Positions 27,300 to 37,002 are shown, counted from the stretch's first letter. The stretch is 64,000 bases of DNA from Sedimentisphaerales bacterium (GCA_963666285.1 OY762711.1), one strand, 5' to 3'. The notes: generated by a model from the letters alone, not told the origin. Program-made: numbers and translations.

Positions 27300-28608
27300 A
27301 CTTCTACTGTCGAAGATCCGCCTAAAGCGGACTCTCCTGTCAACTTTCCAGCGACCTTCCATCGCTCGGCGTAGCCGTTTAAAATAGGTCGCGCAGCGAC
27401 ACCTTAATTTTTCACTTCGAATTATTCATTTTTCATTTAGCAAAGCTCGCAGCTGACTGCTGATTTCCGGTAGCCCCCGGTTTCAACCGGGGGACTAAAC
27501 AAACTCCCCATTATTTTAAAAGCATCCTCGCCGCCAGGCGATACCTTTTTTTCTTCTATCTCTTCTCATCTTTCAGATGCCTAATTTTGATATAATCTTT
27601 ACTCCCGCGTCAGCTTTAAAATAAGTCGTCCGCGAATGCGGACACCGCTTTTTTTCATCCTTTATACCTCATCCTTCAGGTGCCGTTTCACGGCACCTGT
27701 CTGGTCTGCCCACAATTCAAAAACAACAACTTACATCAATTCACGAAAAATCCCCTCCCCGCCGCACTACCTCCGCAACCCGCCTCGCACTCGTTCTTAT
27801 ATCCCAGCACTCTTCTATTTCTTACCGATTTTTAACCCATCCTTCACCCCGTCACTCTCACTTAATATGATAATTAGTCTTGCCGAACCCGTTTAAAATG
27901 AGTCGCGTAAACGACACCTTCACATCATTGGACTTGTCCAATGATGTGCCAGTGTGCGTAGCACGAATTTATCTTCCTACTGTTCTACTGCTCTCCTGTC
28001 AACTTTCCAGCGACCTTCCGTCGCTCGGCGTTAGCCGTTTAAAATAAGATGTCCGCGAAGCGGACACCTCAACTCTTACCTTTTACCTCATACCTCTTAC
28101 CTATGTTCGCGTTCCCGTCCGTATACCGCCGTATGCATTCAACGTTCCGCCGTATACTGTCCGCAGCCCGCAATTCACCGCCGCTCAAATCCATTTGCCT
28201 TTTTGCCTCCGTCCACCCGCCGCGCTGACCCGTACATATCCCGCACACCTCCCGTCACCCATCAATTAGCCGCGAGCGGTAGCGAGCAACCTTCCCTGGT
28301 ATCTGAAACCTGATACCTGACCACTGATTTTCTTGAAATAATCACCGCGTTTTTACAACCACCAAATCGCGAAAATCCAAAATCTTCAAAATTTTTATCC
28401 CGCTTACCCCCAACGCCTTACAAACTTCCAAGCCAACCAGCCCGCCCAAAAAATCAGCGCACTTTTGACATACCATCCAACAGTAGAGAGCTGACAAAAA
28501 AGCGAACCAACAAAAAAACAGCTCTCGATAAAACATAACAACGACGAAAACTTCGTCTTTTATATATATTTTGCTCTATTACAAATAAATATTTGACTCA
28601 ATTTGTCA
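27300..28608 (+). repeat. Modular non-coding repeat element, copy 1 (C-rich strand is +)
   Basis: Inverted homology to 60280-61676; five (CCG)TTTAAAA-hairpin-ACC(T) units at about 27375, 27515, 27614, 27889 and 28035; heptamer runs; internal duplication 27332-27386 vs 27991-28046. Outer boundary approximate. Confidence 0.9.
27921..27948. repeat. 28-bp palindrome CACATCATTGGAC-TT-GTCCAATGATGTG
   Basis: Perfect 13-bp arms; identical inverted copies at 61136-61163 and 61540-61567. Confidence 0.9.
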
Positions 28609-28970
28609 GTTAAAAATGTAATAATTTATGTCTCCAAATAATATTCATTGATAATTTATTAGAGGTGTTCTTGATTTAAACATAATGGATAAAATCTGAT
28701 GTAAAGTAATAAAACACAATCTTTTATGATGAAATAAAACACATTTCCTGATTTTACTGCCATACTTGCCTGTTATCTGATTACTTTCAAATTCACTGGT
28801 GTTATTAAGTATTTTTATAAAATTAGTTACATATATCCATTATCGAATTACAACCATCTATTGAATATATTTGTTATTTCTGATATTTTAGTATTTGTTT
28901 TTGTACATTGGAATATGATATTGTCATCAAAACTGCAAATTAAATATTTTACTTTTATCTAGGAATCATC

Positions 28971-30377
28971 ATGGATCGACGGACATTTCTCAAAAATTCT
29001 ACTTTAGTTATTGGTGCTGCTTCTGTAGGTGGTTGTAGTGCTTCATCAGTTGGTAAAATTAACCTGAATTCAAATATGTCTGGTTATTGCGCTCCTAAAA
29101 TACCGACTGTTAGAGTTGGTTTTATTGGTCTTGGAATGAGAGGCCCCGGTGCCGTAAAACGTATGACTCATATTGATGGCGTTGAAATTACAGCTATCTG
29201 TGATAAACGTAAATCTTGTACTGACAAAGTAGAAAAAATGCTTGCCGACATAGGCTTCCCAAAACCTGCAGTATATACTGATAGTGAAGATGCCTGGAAA
29301 AAAATGGTTCAAAGAGATGATCTTGACCTGATATATATCGCTACCCCTTGGGAATTTCATACCCCGATGGCTGTTTATGCTATGGAACATGGCAAACACG
29401 CTGCAACCGAAGTTCCGGCAGCTACTACAATGGAAGAATGCTGGAAACTGGTGGAGACATCTGAACGTACCAGAAAACATTGTGTTATGTTGGAAAACTG
29501 CTGCTACGACTTCTTTGAAATGCTTACCCTTAATATGATTCGGCAAGGTATGTTCGGCGAAGTTATTCATGGCGAAGGTGCCTATATCCATAATCTGGTT
29601 GGCTTGAATTTCAATAAAAATGGTTATGCTGATATGTGGCGTCTGAAACATAATGCAAAGAGAAATGGTAACTTGTATCCAACTCATGGGTTAGGGCCGG
29701 TTTGCCAATGCATGGATATCAATCGCGGCGACAAGATGGAATATCTCACCAGTATGTCAAGTAATGATTTTACCATGAATGTTGAAGCTAGGAAACGAGC
29801 TGAAAAAGACGATTTTTATAAACAGTTTGTTGATAAGCCATATCGTGGCAATATGAATACAACTATGGTCAGAACAGCAAAAGGCAGAACTATCAAAATT
29901 CAGCATGATGTCAGTTCACCAAGGCCGTATTCTCGTATCCATTTGGTTTCAGGCACAAAGGCTTTTGCCCAGAAGTGGCCTAAAACTCATATTGCTCTTG
30001 GCCATTCTGCGGTTAGTGAAGAAGAATTGCAGAAAATGTACGATCAGTATTCACCTGAGATAGTGGTGAAGATCGGCGAAATGGCTAAGCAGGTTGGCGG
30101 CCATGGAGGTATGGATTTCCTTATGGATTGGTCGTTGATAAATTCGCTTAGAAACGGGCTGCCTGTCGATATGGATTGTTATGATGCCGCTTTATGGTCC
30201 TGCATAACACCGCTGTCTATCAAATCTGTTGCTAACAGGTCTAATTCTGTTGATATACCTGACTTTACCAGGGGTAACTGGAAAACAAATACACCGGTAT
30301 CTCTGGAACTGAAAGCTATCAATGGTGTAAGAGCTATAAATAAAGCAGACTCAAGCGGCCAGCTTAAAGTCGAATAA
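28971..30377 (+). CDS. GH109 NAD+-dependent glycosidase (Gfo/Idh/MocA family), Tat-exported, possibly a lipoprotein
   Basis: MDRRTFLK twin-arginine motif and VGGC; GFIGLGMRG; ATPWEFH; ATEVPA; LENCCYD; YPTHG; GGHGGMDF. Confidence 0.9.
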   Translation: MDRRTFLKNSTLVIGAASVGGCSASSVGKINLNSNMSGYCAPKIPTVRVGFIGLGMRGPGAVKRMTHIDGVEITAICDKRKSCTDKVEKMLADIGFPKPAVYTDSEDAWKKMVQRDDLDLIYIATPWEFHTPMAVYAMEHGKHAATEVPAATTMEECWKLVETSERTRKHCVMLENCCYDFFEMLTLNMIRQGMFGEVIHGEGAYIHNLVGLNFNKNGYADMWRLKHNAKRNGNLYPTHGLGPVCQCMDINRGDKMEYLTSMSSNDFTMNVEARKRAEKDDFYKQFVDKPYRGNMNTTMVRTAKGRTIKIQHDVSSPRPYSRIHLVSGTKAFAQKWPKTHIALGHSAVSEEELQKMYDQYSPEIVVKIGEMAKQVGGHGGMDFLMDWSLINSLRNGLPVDMDCYDAALWSCITPLSIKSVANRSNSVDIPDFTRGNWKTNTPVSLELKAINGVRAINKADSSGQLKVE

Positions 30378-30428
30378 TTTCATATAGAATCCTGGTTTCA
30401 TAAATTGAAATTGAAAGTTCTGTTTAAT

Positions 30429-31886
30429 ATGCGAAATATCAATATGTTGAGAGCAAACAGGTTGTTATTTGCGGTATTGTTTGTTTGTGGTACATGTTCG
30501 ATCATTGACGCAAATCCTGTTGAGAAGCCAAATATTATAATTATATATTTGGATGACAGCGGGTGGGGGGATTATTCTCACAACGGTAATCCCACTATAA
30601 ATACTCCCAATATTTCTTTGCTAAAGCAGGACGGGATGTGTTTCACCCAGTTTTATGTTACCTCTCCTGCGTGTTCTGCTTCACGTTACTCACTGCTTAC
30701 TGGGCGATATCCCGGACGTTCTGGTTTTGGTAATTGGGTACTGAACCCAAATGAAAAAAAGCATCTTCATGATAAAGAGATTACAATTGCTGAAGGGTTG
30801 AAGTCAAAAGGCTATGTTACAGGCATATTTGGAAAATGGCATCTGGGTAGCCCCAATAAGAATAATAATTATGCACCGAAGAGTCTGCCGTTAGCTCATG
30901 GCTTTGATACCTGGATTGGAACAAATGTATCACACGATTATAACGACGCAAAACTGATGAAATCCGACCCGAAAGGTAGTGATCCAATTGCAGGGTATAG
31001 TACTATTGCTGTTAATCTGCCTTCAAATGCTAAAATCTGTGAGACTCTAACCGGTCGTTATACCGATGCTGCTGTGAATTTCATCAAGCAGAATAAAGAT
31101 AGACCGTTTTTTGCCTATATTCCGCATAATATGCCGCACTTGGGCATATATGCCAGTGATGAGTTTAAAGGACGTTCTCGTCGTGGGTTGCTTGGCGATG
31201 TAATGGAAGAGATTGATGATTCGGTAGGGCGTATTCGAAAAGCGGTTGAAGAGGCAGGCCTGAAAGAAAAAACGGTGATAATCTTTTCTTCTGATAATGG
31301 GCCATGGGTTAAATTCAGGGATTTGAAATATTCTCAGCATCAAAAATATGGCGAAGCCAGGATGAATGTCGGTTATGCAACACCATTTCGCGATGGTAAA
31401 GGCTCAACCTGGGAAGGCGGACACAGGGTTGCCGGCATATTCTGTTGGCCCGGTATGATACCTGCTAATATAATCGAGCAAAGACCTGCAAGTACACTTG
31501 ATATTTTGCCGACAGTCTTTAAGCTGGCTGGTGTTGAGATACCTGCTGATAGAGAGATTGACGGTAGGGATATTAGAATAATACTTATGCCTGATAAATT
31601 TAAGGGTGAACTGAGCACTTTTAGTTTTATGTATAGCTATTTTGACAATAAACCATCTGCATTTCGACAAGGGCCATGGAAGTTACATATACGAATTGGT
31701 TCGCAAACTGGAAATGATTATGGCTTTAAGGCTTCACGCCAGACGCCGCTGCTTTTCCAGGTAGAGCATGATTTAGGTGAACGTATAGATCGTGCTGCAG
31801 AGCTGCCAGAGATTGTTAAACAAATGCTTAATAAGTTGGAAACACTTGAAAATAAAATAGATAGTGAAGGTTCGTTTTGGGATTGA
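30429..31886 (+). CDS. Formylglycine-dependent (S1) sulfatase, secreted
   Basis: KPNIIIIYLDDSGWGD, CSASRYSLLTGRY, GKWHLG, SSDNGP, GKGSTWEGGHRV. Start may be 30429 or 30444. Confidence 0.92.
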   Translation: MRNINMLRANRLLFAVLFVCGTCSIIDANPVEKPNIIIIYLDDSGWGDYSHNGNPTINTPNISLLKQDGMCFTQFYVTSPACSASRYSLLTGRYPGRSGFGNWVLNPNEKKHLHDKEITIAEGLKSKGYVTGIFGKWHLGSPNKNNNYAPKSLPLAHGFDTWIGTNVSHDYNDAKLMKSDPKGSDPIAGYSTIAVNLPSNAKICETLTGRYTDAAVNFIKQNKDRPFFAYIPHNMPHLGIYASDEFKGRSRRGLLGDVMEEIDDSVGRIRKAVEEAGLKEKTVIIFSSDNGPWVKFRDLKYSQHQKYGEARMNVGYATPFRDGKGSTWEGGHRVAGIFCWPGMIPANIIEQRPASTLDILPTVFKLAGVEIPADREIDGRDIRIILMPDKFKGELSTFSFMYSYFDNKPSAFRQGPWKLHIRIGSQTGNDYGFKASRQTPLLFQVEHDLGERIDRAAELPEIVKQMLNKLETLENKIDSEGSFWD

Positions 31887-31914
31887 GCCAATGAAATTAG
31901 CAAGGGGTAGAGAA

Positions 31915-31951
31915 AAAAAAGATGCTGTATCAATTGATCAGCATCTTTTTT
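31915..31951. terminator. Bidirectional terminator between the sulfatase and phosphomannose isomerase genes
   Basis: AAAAAAGATGCTG...CAGCATCTTTTTT. Confidence 0.75.
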
Positions 31952-31988
31952 ACATGGAGGTGAGTTAAAATGATTCGGGTTGTGTCTT

Positions 31989-33008
31989 TTATGGTTTTTC
32001 GTAGCCCGGACATGTAACCAGTAGTTTTGAGCCGGGAGCCATTTCTATTTTACCGGATTCCATTGCCGGGATAAGGAACGATTCGCCTATTTTGAACTCG
32101 ACAATATCGTCCGGAATATTTGTGTTATAAACTTTTCCACTGCCTGCGACAGTCATTATGATCATAGGAGCTTCAGAACTGAAAGCGGCTGGGCTGTCCT
32201 TCGCGGTGACTTCTGCGACAGTGTAGAACGGACACTGGGTAAGCAATTTTGCTTCGCCTAGCTTTGAGCAGGCGTCCATCAATGGTTTGCTAACTGGATA
32301 TTCAGCATCTTCATTATAAATTTTCTTGTTTGAGAAGTTGATTGAATCCATTGATTCCTGGATATGCAGTTCACGGCTGTTTCCATCTTTATCGAGCCTG
32401 TTCCAGTCAAAAACGCGGTATGTCGTGTCTGACTGTGTGCCGATTTCAGCTGTTAAGGTGCCGGTTCCAAGGGCATGGATACGTCCGGCTGGTATCTGGA
32501 AGAAATCACCTGATTTGACAGGTATTTCAACTAAAGTGTCTTTGACTGTACCATCTTTGATAGCTTTTTCAAATTCATCTTTAGTAACACCGTCTCTCAG
32601 GCCGTTAAAAATGGTAGCACCTTCCTCGGCATGCATTATGTACCAGCATTCTGTTTTGGATCGTGCCTGGGGGTAAATTTTGCAGGTTTCGCTGTCAGGA
32701 TGTACCTGAACACTTAATTTATCCGCTGCGTCAATGAATTTGATGAGCAGGCCAAAATGCTCTTCTGACTGAATTTCGTTAAAACCCAGGTTCTTACCGT
32801 GCTTGTTGAGTAGCTCTCTAAAGGTAAGCTTATCGAACATGCCGCCGGAGATAATGGTTTGCTCTTCCGGCAGGTCAACAAGTTCCCAGCATTCACCAAT
32901 TGGTAGCTGGTCTTGTGGCAGTTCCTTGGCAAAGATAGTTCCAATTTTTTCACCGCCCCAAAGACGATGTTTTAAGATTGACTGAAATTTTACAGGTGGT
33001 ATTTGCAT
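31989..33008 (-). CDS. manA: Type I phosphomannose isomerase
   Basis: LWGG, IGECWE, LLIKFIDA...LSVQVHP, KTECWY, IPAGRIHA, SDTTYRVFDW; ATG at 33008 after AAGGA. Confidence 0.92.
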   Translation of the reverse strand: MQIPPVKFQSILKHRLWGGEKIGTIFAKELPQDQLPIGECWELVDLPEEQTIISGGMFDKLTFRELLNKHGKNLGFNEIQSEEHFGLLIKFIDAADKLSVQVHPDSETCKIYPQARSKTECWYIMHAEEGATIFNGLRDGVTKDEFEKAIKDGTVKDTLVEIPVKSGDFFQIPAGRIHALGTGTLTAEIGTQSDTTYRVFDWNRLDKDGNSRELHIQESMDSINFSNKKIYNEDAEYPVSKPLMDACSKLGEAKLLTQCPFYTVAEVTAKDSPAAFSSEAPMIIMTVAGSGKVYNTNIPDDIVEFKIGESFLIPAMESGKIEMAPGSKLLVTCPGYEKP

Positions 33009-33113
33009 TCTACTTTCCTTAGTGTAATTTATAAACCTTATACTTTTATATGTATACTCCATATTAATCAGCAATTAGCTGATTAATATGGAGTTAGAAT
33101 CTTTTATACTTGC

Positions 33114-34553
33114 TTAAATATTGCTGATTTTTAATATCTCAGGATGTTCATTATAAACTTTGATAATCAGCTCGCCAAACAGGGTGTTAGCCCAGGCAAA
33201 CCAGCTTCTTGAAAAGTTATTTGGGTTATCCTTGTTAAAGGATTCGTGCATAAATCCGGTTCCGGCATGAGTATTTTTCAACATGTGCAGACATAGCTGA
33301 ATCTCTTTCGGATCGGTACTGGTCAGAGCACGAAGAATAATGCCCATTGGCCAGATAGTATTGGGCCCGGTGTGAGGGCTTCCGGCACCTTCCGCATATT
33401 TGCCTCTGAGATACCATGGGTTGTCATCGCTAAGCAAATATTTACGGGTTCTGACATAGATATCGTCAGTTGGTTTATGGATTCCAAGGTAGCCAAGCGA
33501 AAGCAGGCTAGGCACATTTGCATCATCCATGAACAGGCAGTTACCAAAGCCATCAGTTTCGTAAGCATAGATTTTACCGTAACTAAGGTGGTCTTCTACT
33601 GCATATTTATTGATTGCGGACATCACCTCATCAGCAAATTCACTGCATTTCCTGGCAAATGCCTGATCTTTATAAATATCAGAATAGAAAGCTGCCATTT
33701 GCTTCATACTTTGAACAGCAAACAGGTTTGACGGTACCAGGAATGACAAGTTAGTAGCATCGTCAGAAGGGCGGAAGGATGAACAGATCAGTCCAACCGG
33801 CTTGATCGGACGGCCCACACCGTTGTGAACCGGTGCGTCAGTCATTCTATCAGTTGAACGAGCGAAACGATATGGAGTATCGTGGTTGCCGCCTTTTCGC
33901 TGTTCCTGTCTGAATACCTTGATAATAGTACGCATGGCTTTATCAAAATCAGCGTCGAAAATAGTCTTATCGCCGGTTGATTCATAGTAATAATTAGCCA
34001 GACGAACTACATAGCAGAGAGAGTCGATTTCCCATTTGCGTTCGTGTACTCCATCAATCGGAGCCGGTCTGTCAGATGCCCACTCAGTTTCCTTGGTCTT
34101 GTCCTTATAGAAGGCATTAGCATACGGATCCAGGTTAACGCACTTGATTTGGCGATTTACCAGGCCTTTTACCAGATTCTTCAACTTGGCATCATCATTT
34201 AACAGGGGCATATACGGCCATACCTGGGCAGTTGAGTCACGCAGCCACATGGCGTCAATATCACCGGTAATAATCACAGTATCCGGTTTTCCATCAATGA
34301 CTTCATAATCAACTGTAGTATCCAGAGTATTTGGATAGCAATTTTCGAACATCCAGGCCAGCTCAGGGTCTTTCATAAAGCTTTTAACTTCTTTAATCTT
34401 CTTTTCTACGCCCTCACTGATAAAAGTACGTTTGTTTACAGGCGGACGCTGAGATTTGAATTTGTCAGAAGTCTGGGCAAGTAAGGTACTTGCAATGCCT
34501 AATGACAAGGCCAGAGCTAAGCTAATTTTAGCTGTATTTTTTCTTCTTATCAT
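33114..34553 (-). CDS. GH125 exo-alpha-1,6-mannosidase, secreted
   Basis: FENCYPNTLDTT, TGDIDAMWLRDS, HERKWEIDSL, FRPSDD, MDDANVPSLL, MHESF, WFAWAN. Confidence 0.93.
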   Translation of the reverse strand: MIRRKNTAKISLALALSLGIASTLLAQTSDKFKSQRPPVNKRTFISEGVEKKIKEVKSFMKDPELAWMFENCYPNTLDTTVDYEVIDGKPDTVIITGDIDAMWLRDSTAQVWPYMPLLNDDAKLKNLVKGLVNRQIKCVNLDPYANAFYKDKTKETEWASDRPAPIDGVHERKWEIDSLCYVVRLANYYYESTGDKTIFDADFDKAMRTIIKVFRQEQRKGGNHDTPYRFARSTDRMTDAPVHNGVGRPIKPVGLICSSFRPSDDATNLSFLVPSNLFAVQSMKQMAAFYSDIYKDQAFARKCSEFADEVMSAINKYAVEDHLSYGKIYAYETDGFGNCLFMDDANVPSLLSLGYLGIHKPTDDIYVRTRKYLLSDDNPWYLRGKYAEGAGSPHTGPNTIWPMGIILRALTSTDPKEIQLCLHMLKNTHAGTGFMHESFNKDNPNNFSRSWFAWANTLFGELIIKVYNEHPEILKISNI

Positions 34554-34585
34554 AGGAAAATACTCCTTTAATGTTGCATATTTTT

Positions 34586-35686
34586 TTAACTGTCTAACTG
34601 GTTTAGTGCAAAAGCATAAGCACCAACAGAAATAGCATAGCTTGTATCTAAAGCAGCTTTGCCAATACCAATTCTCTTAAGTGAATCGTATTTGACTACT
34701 TTATCAGTACCAGGTACCGTAATATCTTTTACTTCTCCTTTGATAAATTCCTTGCATGCATTTTCATTTTCCAGGTCAAAGGTTTTCAGGGGTATTCTTG
34801 GCAGCTTATCGCCGCTATAACTTTCGATGGTACCGTTCATTTCAGCCAGAATAGCATCAATGAACATTGGATAAGCATTTGCCAGGCCACCGCCAACAAC
34901 AATTACACCGTCAAGAAGGGTAATGGCATTTGCCAGAGCGTCGCCAATAACTTCGCCCATTTCAGCAAAAGCAGTCTTTGCAGCTTCAACATTACCTTCC
35001 TGCTGACCTTGAGCGATAGCAAAAATGTCCTTTGGTTCCGGGGTATCAGCAAAGTCCATACCGGTGATCCTGGCATAAGTGCCTTTTACAGCTCGGATTG
35101 CAACTCCTTCTTCAGCAAAGCATTTAGGGTGACGTTTGTTCCTGGTAATCCATATTTCACCGGCACAGGAGTTGTCGCCGATGTGCAATTTGCCGTCAGA
35201 AACAATACCGCCGCCAAAACCGGTGCCAAGAGTGATACCAAATAGCTTGTTGAACCGCTTTGGGGAACCGGCCTTTTCCAGCATTTCATTGACTTTAGGA
35301 AGGAATCCGGCCATTGCTTCGCCGTAAACGAATAAGTCGCCATCGTTATTGATGAATACCGGAATGTTGAACTTGCTTTCCAGGAATGGTCCTAATGCTA
35401 CATTATGAAATGCAGGCATATTCGGCGGGGTGCCGATAATACCGTTTGGATAGTCAGCAGGACCTGGGAAGGCAAAGCTGATAGCTACTGGTTTATCGTC
35501 AAGTTTGTCAATAACCTGGGTGAAACCGGCGATTAAAGTTTCAAGACATTTGTCCAGATCTTTAGGCTCAGTCGCCAAACGAACAGGTTCTACGATTTCT
35601 TTCATGCCCTGAATGGCAGAGAATACCAGGTTGGTACCTCCAACATCAAGGGTGAGTACTATTCTTTTATCTGATTTATAATCCAT
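34586..35686 (-). CDS. ROK-family sugar kinase (probable manno/glucokinase)
   Basis: TLDVGGT, FPGP, INND, TLGTGFGGG, GE.W; no HTH. Confidence 0.88.
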   Translation of the reverse strand: MDYKSDKRIVLTLDVGGTNLVFSAIQGMKEIVEPVRLATEPKDLDKCLETLIAGFTQVIDKLDDKPVAISFAFPGPADYPNGIIGTPPNMPAFHNVALGPFLESKFNIPVFINNDGDLFVYGEAMAGFLPKVNEMLEKAGSPKRFNKLFGITLGTGFGGGIVSDGKLHIGDNSCAGEIWITRNKRHPKCFAEEGVAIRAVKGTYARITGMDFADTPEPKDIFAIAQGQQEGNVEAAKTAFAEMGEVIGDALANAITLLDGVIVVGGGLANAYPMFIDAILAEMNGTIESYSGDKLPRIPLKTFDLENENACKEFIKGEVKDITVPGTDKVVKYDSLKRIGIGKAALDTSYAISVGAYAFALNQLDS

Positions 35687-35712
35687 TTTTTATCCTTTCA
35701 AAACACAAAATT

Positions 35713-36897
35713 TTAGTTTGTTTCTTCAGCTGAAGTATTGTTGACAAGTGGATGTTTTGCTACAACAAACCCAATAATTAGGATGTATGCGATTGCTGCT
35801 AGCGGGACAAGGAAGCTTATTAAAACTGAAGCTTTGTCAGCAACAAAACCTCGCAAAGGAGGTAAGAATGCGCCACCGACAATAGCAGTTACCATCAGGC
35901 CGGAAATTTCATTTGCTCTTTTCGGCATTGCATCAACAGTAATAGAAAAAACAAGTGGGAAAATATTTGCAAAACCAAGCCCCATGAGGAAGAAAGATGC
36001 AATACCAACAGCTTTAGATGGAATAGCCAGTCCGGCTATGCCGACAATAGACAGTATTGCTGTAAGTATTAGAAAAGTTTTTGGTTTCATCCAGTTTAAG
36101 ATCATACCACCAGAAAAGCGACCTATAGTTAATGCTGCAAAAAACAAACCAGTACCAGCAACCAGGCCAAGCTTTTCCACGTCAACTTCATATTGTTCTT
36201 TTAGAAAACCAGCAGCCGCAGAACCTACGCTGCATTCGGCACCAACATATAAGAAAATACCGAATACCATCATAGCAATAAATGGGTCTGAAAGCAGTTT
36301 GATACAAGAACCGAATGAAGCCGGTGTATCGCCAGTTTCTTTGTGCTCATTGACTTTTAAAAGGCCTACTGCGATTGCTGTGATTGAAACGCAAATAGCG
36401 TATACAGGGAACAGAACAGTCCAATCTTTCGTAAAATATCTGGTTGCAATAACAGGTATAATTGCACCAGATAATGTACCAATAGCTTTAACAAACTGTC
36501 CAAAAGAAAGGTTACGTGAATATTTTCCTTCAGCTGAAACATCTCTCATGATTGGATTGCCTGATACCTGAAGAATAGTTGCACCGGCGCCGAGAACCAA
36601 AATAGAGCATATTAAGGTTGCATATTTATCCAATCCAATAATTACAGGAATAATCAGTCCAATAAATGCAGTAACTAAACCAATCATCAGAGTAAACTTT
36701 TTCCCTTTTCTATCCTGGAATAAGCCCATTGGGACAGAAAGTAATCCAAACATGATAAATCCGGCACTAGGTATTAAGCTGGCTTCAAAGCCAGTCAAGT
36801 TAAATTGTTTCTTTGCTAATTCTACCAATGGGTTTACTACATCACCGAATCCCATACATAGAAAAGTAAGAAAAATAGGTAAAGTTTTTAGTTTCAT
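35713..36897 (-). CDS. MFS sugar:H+ symporter (FucP/GluP-like)
   Basis: About 12 hydrophobic helices; LQVSGNP, IFLYVGAE, AIVGGAFLP; ATG at 36897 after AAGGA. Confidence 0.88.
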   Translation of the reverse strand: MKLKTLPIFLTFLCMGFGDVVNPLVELAKKQFNLTGFEASLIPSAGFIMFGLLSVPMGLFQDRKGKKFTLMIGLVTAFIGLIIPVIIGLDKYATLICSILVLGAGATILQVSGNPIMRDVSAEGKYSRNLSFGQFVKAIGTLSGAIIPVIATRYFTKDWTVLFPVYAICVSITAIAVGLLKVNEHKETGDTPASFGSCIKLLSDPFIAMMVFGIFLYVGAECSVGSAAAGFLKEQYEVDVEKLGLVAGTGLFFAALTIGRFSGGMILNWMKPKTFLILTAILSIVGIAGLAIPSKAVGIASFFLMGLGFANIFPLVFSITVDAMPKRANEISGLMVTAIVGGAFLPPLRGFVADKASVLISFLVPLAAIAYILIIGFVVAKHPLVNNTSAEETN

Positions 36898-37002
36898 TTG
36901 AATTTCCTTTGACAAAAGCACAATCGTTAATAAGTTTTTGTCCGCACGAGCAGACAAAAACTTACATAACATTACTACTATTAATTTTTTAATTATATAC
37001 TA

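Noticed and set aside
27636..28536. Short ORFs 27636-27896 (+) and 28342-28536 (-)
   Set aside because: They lie in the repeat, lack RBS and motifs, and are not kept as equivalent ORFs in copy 2.
27300..28608. CRISPR array interpretation of the repeated units
   Set aside because: Spacing is irregular (about 100-275 bp), the variable part lies inside the repeat, the spacers are shared between copies, and no cas genes are present.
29070..29687. 205-aa minus-strand ORF, and the other short ORFs nested in long CDSs
   Set aside because: Antisense or off-frame shadows of well-supported genes.
35738..36571. 277-aa plus-strand ORF
   Set aside because: Antisense shadow of the MFS gene; no motifs.
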